Origin: Gemmatimonadaceae bacterium
GTDB lineage: Bacteria > Gemmatimonadota > Gemmatimonadetes > Gemmatimonadales > Gemmatimonadaceae
Direction: 5' to 3'
Assembly (NCBI GenBank): GCA_033763905.1
Contig: JANRJP010000014.1
Location: forward strand, 1-13,158
DNA length: 13,158 nucleotides
A program made the translations under genes and the position numbers. The notes under the pieces are model-generated. The model saw only the letters and a program-made list of their open reading frames with translations, was not told the DNA's origin and did no database searches. Shown here one piece after another: positions 6,452-12,880 of the stretch (position 1 is its first letter; each line of letters begins with the position of its first letter).

Positions 6452-8578
6452 TCAGTCGCGCCGTCCCATCCGGACGCTGGCTCCCGCGTACCACACCCGG
6501 CCGGTAAAGCCTGGCCAGTCGGGGCCGGGGCTCACGTTCCCCAGGTTATCGACGCCCACTTGCAGCGTCGTGCGCCCCACATCACTGGCCAGCCGCAGGT
6601 CGGTGCGGCCGAACGCCGCCCGGATCTGCTCGCCACCGTTCACCAGGTCGGGGCCCGTCGGCGTGGCGCCCGTCAGCACGTACGTCGCCCCGACGCGCCA
6701 GCCGTTCCGGGTCCAGGCGAGCGTCGCCCGCCCAGACCGCGGCGGACGGTTGTAGAGCCGTCGACCGCTCGACTGGTCGCGCGCATCCAGAAACGCCGCC
6801 GCCACCTCGGCGCGCCAGCCGCCGTGGGCATAGCCGAGTTCGACATCCGCCCCCTGCGTGCGTCCGCGCGAGATGTTGCCGTAGCTGAACGTGCCGGTCG
6901 CGTCCTGGGAACCGGTCTCGATGAAATCGCGGAACTCGTTCCGGAACAGCGTTGAGCGCGCGAACCACACATCCTCGGCCCACTCGACGCCCCCGGACCA
7001 CGACGTGGAGGTCTCCGGCCGCAGCGACGGGTTGCCACGCACGGCGTAGCCGACGCTGGCGTTCACGAACTCGAGGTAGAGTTCCTTGAAGTCCGGGGCT
7101 CGGAAGCCGCGGCCCACCGAGCCCCGGAAGGCCAGGGGCCCCGCCGGACGCCACAGCATCGCGACGCGTGGCGTGAGGTACTCGCCCCACTGCCGATTGA
7201 TCGTCGCGCGGACCCCCGGCACGATGCTCAGCGCGCCGCGGGTGACGGTCCACTGGGCGTAGGGCTCGATCTGATCCATCCGCCGCGCGCCCGGGACGCG
7301 GTCAGCGGCGATCGCATCGCGACGAATCTCGACCCCCGCGTCGAGCAAGCCGCCCGGCGTCGGTCCGCTGTAGGTGAGTTCGAATTCCGACAGCACCTGA
7401 CGATCGGTCGCTCCGGAGTCGGTCACCGGGTTGGGGCCGAGCGCGGCGCGCGACAGGTGTTCGAACGCCGTCCAGTGGACCAACGGCTGGATGCGATGCC
7501 GCCCACGCTGCCAGGTCAGGCCCAGTCGGGCCGCGTGCTGCCGGTTGTCGGCAAACCGATACAGCGGCGCGGTGAGATAGCGCTGCGCTTCACCCATCGT
7601 GAATAGCGACGCGAAGACGGTCGTCTGCTTCGACGCCGCAAACTCCGCGCGCCCCTGCAGATGGCCTCGGTTGACGAACGATCCGTTGCGATCGGCGCGT
7701 CCCGGCACGAGGTCGGTCATTCGCAGGCCACCATCGGCACTCCAGCCGAAGCGACCGACGCGGCCGCTGAGATCGCCCGTCGCATCGCGGCGCCCGACCG
7801 ATCCGCCGAGCAGCGACAGCGAGCCCGCCGCTGACGCGCTCCCGGGCTTGCGCGTGATGAGGTTGATCACGCCCCCCATCGCTTCAGAGCCGTAGAGCGT
7901 GCTCTGCGGGCCCTTCACGATCTCGATGCGTTCAATCATCGACGTCGGGAGTCGCGACACATCGAAGGTGCCATTGAGCCGACCACCGAGCGGCTGGCCG
8001 TCGAGCAGAATGAGCACGCGATTGGACGACAGCCCCTGCAGCTGAAGGCCGGCCCCGGAGGGAATGCCGCCATCGAGCTGGATGCCGGTCTGCTCGCTCA
8101 GCAGGGCGGCGACATCGGGCGCCGCACTCTGCTCAAGATCGCGGCGCGACACCAACTCGATCGTCGCCACGGCGTCCTTGAGCCGCTGCTCGCGACGCGC
8201 CGACGAGACGACGACGGCGTCGAGCGCGAGGGCGGCTGGCGCGAGCCGGTGGTCCAGCGGCGCAGCCGATGCGGCGGACAGCGTCAGCGGCGCGTAGCCG
8301 GGCATCCGGGCGCGCACGCGCCACGGGGACGGTCCGCGCGGGCTCACGCGCCATCGCCCGGCGAGGTCGGTGCGAAGGCGCGTCGTATCAGCGGTCGCGG
8401 AGATCACCAGGACTTCGGCGTTCCCGATCGGGGTGTTGTCGGTGGCCGAGCGGACAACCCCCGACAGCACGGGCGCCGCCGATCCCGACGGGATCGGCGG
8501 CGACTGGGCCTGCAGGGCGGTGCCCCACGCGGCGACTGCCGCGAGGCGCACCGCCAGCGCCCGGACGTCAGTTCGCAA
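6452..8578 (-). CDS. TonB-dependent outer-membrane receptor, probable haem/iron (HmuR-like), with N-terminal carboxypeptidase-regulatory-like domain
   Basis: 708 aa with a signal peptide ending ALQA-Q, an N-terminal domain ('SGVVRSATDNTPIGNAEV', 'TDLAGRW', 'PGY'), a TonB box (LDAVVVSS), plug motifs 'LQGLSSNRVLILLDG' and 'IERIEIVKGPQSTLYGSEAMGGVINLIT', barrel motifs GFRAPDFKELY and GNPSLRPE, and C-terminal 'GVDNL...GRVWYAG'. The TTG start overlaps the end of the hmuY-like gene by 11 nt. Confidence 0.95.
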   Translation of the reverse strand: MRTDVRALAVRLAAVAAWGTALQAQSPPIPSGSAAPVLSGVVRSATDNTPIGNAEVLVISATADTTRLRTDLAGRWRVSPRGPSPWRVRARMPGYAPLTLSAASAAPLDHRLAPAALALDAVVVSSARREQRLKDAVATIELVSRRDLEQSAAPDVAALLSEQTGIQLDGGIPSGAGLQLQGLSSNRVLILLDGQPLGGRLNGTFDVSRLPTSMIERIEIVKGPQSTLYGSEAMGGVINLITRKPGSASAAGSLSLLGGSVGRRDATGDLSGRVGRFGWSADGGLRMTDLVPGRADRNGSFVNRGHLQGRAEFAASKQTTVFASLFTMGEAQRYLTAPLYRFADNRQHAARLGLTWQRGRHRIQPLVHWTAFEHLSRAALGPNPVTDSGATDRQVLSEFELTYSGPTPGGLLDAGVEIRRDAIAADRVPGARRMDQIEPYAQWTVTRGALSIVPGVRATINRQWGEYLTPRVAMLWRPAGPLAFRGSVGRGFRAPDFKELYLEFVNASVGYAVRGNPSLRPETSTSWSGGVEWAEDVWFARSTLFRNEFRDFIETGSQDATGTFSYGNISRGRTQGADVELGYAHGGWRAEVAAAFLDARDQSSGRRLYNRPPRSGRATLAWTRNGWRVGATYVLTGATPTGPDLVNGGEQIRAAFGRTDLRLASDVGRTTLQVGVDNLGNVSPGPDWPGFTGRVWYAGASVRMGRRD

Positions 8579-9653
8579 TGCGGGCGTACCGGATCGCGAT
8601 CTGTCGGGCCGTACCGGTCGCGCTGTAGTAGCTGAACGGCTGCACCTTGAAGAGACCCGACGGCGTGCGGACGAGGTACACCTCGTAGCGCGGCAGGATC
8701 AGGTTGAGCGCCGGGTCATACCGGTACCAGACACTCGACGCGGCGGCATTGCCGGCGACGGCGAGCATCATCGGATTGAGCGTCCCGTCGCGGAGCCAGC
8801 GGGCGTTCGGGTTCGACATATCCGGGTTGGTCACCGCGGGGTCGGTGCTCGTCGCGTTGACATTCGCATAGGCGGCGCTGACGAAGGTCGCCCCGGTCAC
8901 GTTCGGGCCGAGCCGGAAGTCGAGGCCCTCGAGCCGCAGGTCGTGATCGGCGGCCGTGCCCGCAGCGTTCGTGTTGAGCTTGATGTACTGCGGGCTGCTG
9001 CTCGTGAGTGCGATGGTGTCGATGATGTCCGCCGGCCAGGCGCTCAGCGGCGTCGTCTGCGTGGTGTAGCGCAGAATGATCTGGCCCGGCGTCCCGGGGG
9101 TGATGCTGACGATTTCGAGCTTGCTGTACAGGAAGGCGTGGGCGCTGCCGGCTGGTGCGGGCCGACGGAAGCCAAAGCGCCGGCCCGTGTTCGCCGCGAT
9201 CGTGGCACCGGCCCCGGTGGACCAGTTGCTGACGGCCGGTGCGAAGGTCTCAGCGCGGAAGGCGCTGTCCGCGGGTGCGCTGTCGGCGGTGATCCGTTCG
9301 AAGCGCAGGCGCTCGGCGACGGTGTCGATGGCCTGGAGCTGTGCGGTGTTGAGGGCCTGGTTGCGGCAGAGGCAGGCGACACGCACGGTGGACGGTCCGC
9401 CGAGGCCGGAGTTGATGCGGGCGGTCGTCGCACGGAATGCGATGTCCCAGGTGGTCGGCGACGTGGTGTCGACGACCGCGACGACGGTCGCCGTCGGGGC
9501 CAGCTTGATGCCAGCGAAGGCCAGATCGCTGGCCGCGTCGATCGTCGCTTGAGCGGTGGCCGTCACCGGGTTCTCGGGAGCCACGGTGTCGTTCTCGCAC
9601 GCGGCAGCGGCGGTCGCGAGGACCAAGAGCAGGGGGCGGAGGGCAGTACGCAC
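8568..9653 (-). CDS. HmuY-family (haemophore-like) lipoprotein, apparently two tandem domains
   Basis: The more plausible start is GTG 9653, giving MRTALRPLLLVLATAAAA-CEND (lipoprotein signal), 361 aa. Contains the HmuY hallmark WDIAF and C-terminal 'WYRYD...P..EVYLVRT..G.FKVQ..SYY...G....I.IRY', and lies immediately upstream of a TonB-dependent receptor as in hmuY-hmuR. Confidence 0.82.
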   Translation of the reverse strand: MRTALRPLLLVLATAAAACENDTVAPENPVTATAQATIDAASDLAFAGIKLAPTATVVAVVDTTSPTTWDIAFRATTARINSGLGGPSTVRVACLCRNQALNTAQLQAIDTVAERLRFERITADSAPADSAFRAETFAPAVSNWSTGAGATIAANTGRRFGFRRPAPAGSAHAFLYSKLEIVSITPGTPGQIILRYTTQTTPLSAWPADIIDTIALTSSSPQYIKLNTNAAGTAADHDLRLEGLDFRLGPNVTGATFVSAAYANVNATSTDPAVTNPDMSNPNARWLRDGTLNPMMLAVAGNAAASSVWYRYDPALNLILPRYEVYLVRTPSGLFKVQPFSYYSATGTARQIAIRYARIAN

Positions 9654-9690
9654 GGGTCGGAGCGGTGGAGGAAGGCTACGGGTGACGCCT

Positions 9691-9703
9691 GCGACATTGT
9701 CGC
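9691..9703. promoter_or_regulatory. Perfect palindrome GCGACA-T-TGTCGC, candidate operator in the divergent hmuY/cytochrome c intergenic region
   Basis: 6-1-6 inverted repeat 37 nt upstream of the hmuY-like GTG. A 1-nt spacer is too short for an RNA hairpin. Confidence 0.4.
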
Positions 9704-9796
9704 GGTGGGACCAGCGGCGCGGCATCCGGAGGTGCCGCCATTCTTCGCCGACGAGTCCCGATGGCCGGGGTCCGTACCGCTACGGATCGATCCCGC

Positions 9797-9802
9797 TATA
9801 TT
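9797..9802 (+). promoter_or_regulatory. Candidate -10 element (TATATT) for the cytochrome c gene
   Basis: TATATT in a GC-rich context, 6 nt before an in-frame ATG (9809) and 57 nt before ATG 9860. Confidence 0.55.
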
Positions 9803-9859
9803 TCGGGTATGAGCGCGCCGATACCGATCGGAACCACCCTCCTTCACCTCGTTCATCCA

Positions 9860-10294
9860 ATGACTCGTCTTGCTGCCCTTGCCGCTGTGCTGTCGTTCGC
9901 GGCGCTCTCCACGACCGCCGAGGCACAGAAGACCGGCGCCGAAGTGTACGCCACCTGCTCGGCCTGCCATCAGGCGAACGGTCAGGGCGTTCCCGGGGCC
10001 TTCCCTCCGCTCGCGGGTTCGGAGTGGGTGAACGGCAAGGGTGACATCCCGATCGCGATCGTGCTGCACGGCCTGCAGGGCCCGCTCACGGTCAAGGGCC
10101 AGAAGTACAACGGCGTGATGGCCCCCTGGGGCACGACGTTCAACGACGAGCAGATTGCCGCGGTCGTGACGTACATCCGTTCGCAGTGGGGCAACAAGGC
10201 GCCGGCCGTGACGAAGGCCGACGTGGCGCGTGTCCGCGCCGCAACGAAGGCGCAGAAGGGCGCGCTCACCGAGGCGGCGCTCAAGAAGCTCTAA
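9860..10294 (+). CDS. Periplasmic class I monoheme cytochrome c
   Basis: Signal peptide MTRLAALAAVLSFAALSTTAEA-Q, single CxxCH (CSACH), 'GQGVPGAFPPLAGSEWV', distal Met in 'YNGVMAPW' and 'IAAVVTYIRSQWGN'. An alternative in-frame start exists at 9809. Confidence 0.95.
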   Translation: MTRLAALAAVLSFAALSTTAEAQKTGAEVYATCSACHQANGQGVPGAFPPLAGSEWVNGKGDIPIAIVLHGLQGPLTVKGQKYNGVMAPWGTTFNDEQIAAVVTYIRSQWGNKAPAVTKADVARVRAATKAQKGALTEAALKKL

Positions 10295-10299
10295 ATCGC

Positions 10300-10357
10300 C
10301 CGAACGGGTTGGTGCAGCGGGCGGGGGCCTTGAGCCACCGCCCGCTGTCTCGTTCGG
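10300..10357. terminator. Long GC-rich hairpin between convergent cytochrome c and phoD genes
   Basis: Inner stem CAGCGGGCGG (10315-10324)/CCGCCCGCTG (10338-10347) plus GGC/GCC, and outer stem CCGAACG (10300-10306)/CGTTCGG (10351-10357). No U-tract. Confidence 0.6.
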
Positions 10358-10369
10358 CCGGTGAAGGCA

Positions 10370-11710
10370 TTACCGCAGCTCGCTTGCCTTGATCGTCCGG
10401 CTCCACTTCACGTCGCCCTTCACATCGCGGATCGACATCGTCATCACTCGATCGGTTCGAGGTCCGCTGAAGTCGAGTAGCCCGAAGTTGTGCACGCCCA
10501 CGAAGGTGTCCGGGACACGCAGTGTGTTCGGTTCGTTGATGCCGTTGGGGTTCGAGCCTGCCGTCAGCGCGCTAACCGTGAGATCGAGGAGCGGCGGCAC
10601 GCCCGGTCGATCGAGACGGGTCAATTCCGTATGGTGCCGATCGCCGGTGAGGAACACCACACCGGGAATGCGCTCCGCGGCCAAGGTCTGGAGCAGCTGC
10701 TCCCGCTCGTCGACGTAGTTGGCGTAGTTCTCGAAGATTCTCGCCGGGCTCAGCACCTGGCCGCCGACGGCCACCAGCTTGAACGGCGCGCGGCTCGAGG
10801 TGAGCTGATCGATGAGCCACTCGAGTTGCGTCGGGCCGAGGTAGTCCCGGCGCCCGGTCTTGCGGTTGTTCGGCGCACGGAACCAGCGGTCGTCGAGCAG
10901 GAACACGTCGACATCCTGCCACTGGAACATCGTCGTGACGCCGGCGTCGGGGCCGAGCGCGGGCGCGGGGTTGGCCCAGAAGCCGTTGAAGGCCTCGAGC
11001 GCCAGCCGCTTGTCGCGGAACGCGCGGTCGGCGTCGTTCGGGCCGTACTCGTGATCGTCCCACGTGGCGTAGTGGTGCGTCCGGCCGAGGAGCGGCTGCA
11101 GCTGCGGGAGCGCGCGCGTATGGCTGTATCGCGCGAGGAATCCCGACCGCGAATACCAGTCGGCTTCACGCGTGTAGGTGTTGTCGCCCAGCCAGAGCAT
11201 CACGTCCGGCGCCGTGGCGTTGAGGGCGTCGAGGATTTCGTACTCGCTGCCGTACGGGCGTCCGGGACGATCGTAGCCGGGCTCGTTTACGTAGAAGCAG
11301 GACGCCAGCGCCATCCGGAACGCCGGCGGATCAGCGCGCCACTGCCAGAGGGCCTGCGTCTGGAAGCGTAGCGGATACGTGCGCGGCGCGGGCTTGCCGT
11401 TGATCAGCACTTCGTAGGCGTAGCGTCGCCCGGGCTCGAGCGTTCCCAGCGCCACCTGCGCCGTGTTCGCCAGTGCATCGCGGGTGCGCACCTCGGCCGA
11501 GCGCCGCTTCGTGCCCGGCGCCGCGGTGTCCCAGTACACGAACTGGATGCGCGCGGGGGCGGTCGTCTGCACCCAGAGTTGGACTTCGCGCATTTCGCTG
11601 GCGCCGACCATCGGGCCGGCGGCGATGGTGGGGGCAGGGGACTGGGCGCTCGCCGCGGACGCGACGAGGCAGAGCGCGAGTGCGAATCGACGAAGGGCAA
11701 CCGACGACAT
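10370..11710 (-). CDS. phoD: Alkaline phosphatase D (PhoD) family metallophosphoesterase, secreted
   Basis: True start is likely ATG 11710 (AGGAG SD upstream), giving 446 aa. Signal MSSVALRRFALALCLVASAASA, N-terminal 'GPMVG...VQLWVQT...LEPGRRYAY' domain, and catalytic motifs ASC, WLGDNTY, TWDDHEYGPND, LLDDRWFR and LTGDRH. Confidence 0.92.
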   Translation of the reverse strand: MSSVALRRFALALCLVASAASAQSPAPTIAAGPMVGASEMREVQLWVQTTAPARIQFVYWDTAAPGTKRRSAEVRTRDALANTAQVALGTLEPGRRYAYEVLINGKPAPRTYPLRFQTQALWQWRADPPAFRMALASCFYVNEPGYDRPGRPYGSEYEILDALNATAPDVMLWLGDNTYTREADWYSRSGFLARYSHTRALPQLQPLLGRTHHYATWDDHEYGPNDADRAFRDKRLALEAFNGFWANPAPALGPDAGVTTMFQWQDVDVFLLDDRWFRAPNNRKTGRRDYLGPTQLEWLIDQLTSSRAPFKLVAVGGQVLSPARIFENYANYVDEREQLLQTLAAERIPGVVFLTGDRHHTELTRLDRPGVPPLLDLTVSALTAGSNPNGINEPNTLRVPDTFVGVHNFGLLDFSGPRTDRVMTMSIRDVKGDVKWSRTIKASELR

Positions 11711-11730
11711 CGGGAACTCCTGACGGGACG

Positions 11731-12723
11731 TCAAGCGGGAACGAGTGCGTTCGGCGACGGTCGCCCGGCGGCGATGTCGTCGAGGTTGGTCAGCGTGGTC
11801 TCGGCGATGGTGGTCATCGCTTCGTGCGTGAAGAAGGCCTGATGGCTCGTGACGAGCACGTTCGGAAACGTCATCAGTCGCGCGAGCACTTCGTCGTCGA
11901 GCACTTGATCGGACAGGTCCCGGAAGAACTTGCCCTCTTCCTCTTCGTACACATCGAGCGCCACGGCGCCGATGTGCCCCGACTGTAGCGCATCGAGCAG
12001 CGCGGGGGTATCGACCAGTCCGCCGCGGCTCGTGTTGACGATCATCACGCCACGCTTGCAGCGGGCGAGCCGCTCGGCGTCGAGCAGATGGCGCGTCTCC
12101 GGCAGCAGCGGGACGTGCAGGCTGATGATGTCGGCGGACTCGAGCAGCTCGTCGAGCGGGACGTAGCGCCCGCCTAGGGCCAGCACCTCGGGGTTGGGCT
12201 TCACGTCGTACGCCAGAATGGGACATCCGAAGCCGTGCAGGATGCGGGCGAAGATCGCGCCAATGCGCCCGGTGCCGACGACGCCGACCGTGCGGCCGTG
12301 GAGGTCGTGCCCGAGCAAGCCCGCCAGGCGGAAGTTGTGCTCACGCGTGCGGTTGTACGCGCGATGCACCTTGCGGTTGAGCGTTTGCAGCAGCGCGACC
12401 GCGAACTCGGCCACCGCGTACGGCGAGTAGTCGCGCACGCGGAGGCAGGTGATGCCGTGGGCCGCGGCCGCGTGCAGGTCGAGGTTGTTGTACCCGGTCG
12501 AGCGCTGCGCGATGCAGCGGACGCCGCCCTGGGCGAGGCGGGCCATTACCGCGGCCGGCGCTCGGTCATTCACGAACAGGCACACCGCATCAAAGCCGTC
12601 GGCGAGCGCCGCGGTCTGGAAATCGAGTTGTGCGGCCGTGAAATGCAACTCGTGGCGTCCGCGGTTGGCGCGCTCGAGATACTCCCGATCGTAGGAGTGA
12701 GTGTCGTACACAAGGACGCGCAC
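11731..12723 (-). CDS. ldhA: D-lactate dehydrogenase (D-2-hydroxyacid dehydrogenase family)
   Basis: 330 aa with 'VCLFVND', 'RSTGYNNLDL', 'YSPYAVAE', 'LNRKVHRAYNRTREHNFRLAGLLG', Rossmann GTGRIG, 'NTSRGGLVDT', 'LDVYEEE' and 'FPNVLVTSHQAFFT'. Confidence 0.94.
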   Translation of the reverse strand: MRVLVYDTHSYDREYLERANRGRHELHFTAAQLDFQTAALADGFDAVCLFVNDRAPAAVMARLAQGGVRCIAQRSTGYNNLDLHAAAAHGITCLRVRDYSPYAVAEFAVALLQTLNRKVHRAYNRTREHNFRLAGLLGHDLHGRTVGVVGTGRIGAIFARILHGFGCPILAYDVKPNPEVLALGGRYVPLDELLESADIISLHVPLLPETRHLLDAERLARCKRGVMIVNTSRGGLVDTPALLDALQSGHIGAVALDVYEEEEGKFFRDLSDQVLDDEVLARLMTFPNVLVTSHQAFFTHEAMTTIAETTLTNLDDIAAGRPSPNALVPA

Positions 12724-12792
12724 GGAACTGGCCTTGCCGGTGGTGATCGTCGGACGTCGGGCGGGAATGCGCTGGGTGAAGCCAGCCGTGAT

Positions 12793-12798
12793 AAGCTA
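12793..12798 (-). promoter_or_regulatory. Candidate -10 element (TAGCTT) for ldhA-phoD
   Basis: TANNNT hexamer in a local AT-rich patch about 70 nt upstream of the ldhA GTG. Confidence 0.35.
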
Positions 12799-12869
12799 GC
12801 GCCACCCGCGCTCTGGCGACTGAGGGGCTTCGGTGAGAGCCAGGGATCGGCGGTGGCCAAAGGATCGTG

Positions 12870-12875
12870 TAGACT
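12870..12875 (+). promoter_or_regulatory. Candidate -10 element (TAGACT) for fur, leaderless geometry
   Basis: TAGACT-tcggt-ATG: only 5 nt between the hexamer and the start codon, with no SD in between. Confidence 0.5.
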
Positions 12876-12880
12876 TCGGT

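Noticed and set aside
9654..9725. ATG 9725 start for the HmuY-like ORF
   Set aside because: Adds 24 residues before an otherwise well-formed lipoprotein signal peptide. GTG 9653 is more plausible.
9761..9808. ATG 9761 start for cytochrome c
   Set aside because: Lies upstream of the candidate -10 and buries the signal peptide.
8370..9812. 480-aa plus-strand ORF
   Set aside because: Antisense to the HmuY-like gene and the start of the TBDR, with no recognisable domain.
9654..9859. Cobalamin riboswitch or canonical Fur box upstream of the hmuY-TBDR pair
   Set aside because: No GGGAA..CGGTG..AATCCG / GCCACTG / B12-box elements and no GATAATGATAATCATTATC-like site found by eye.
11711..12226. 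172-aa N-terminal extension of the PhoD ORF in the track (10370..12226)
   Set aside because: Overlaps ldhA in another frame and is low-complexity Arg/Ala. ATG 11710 has an SD and yields a signal peptide.
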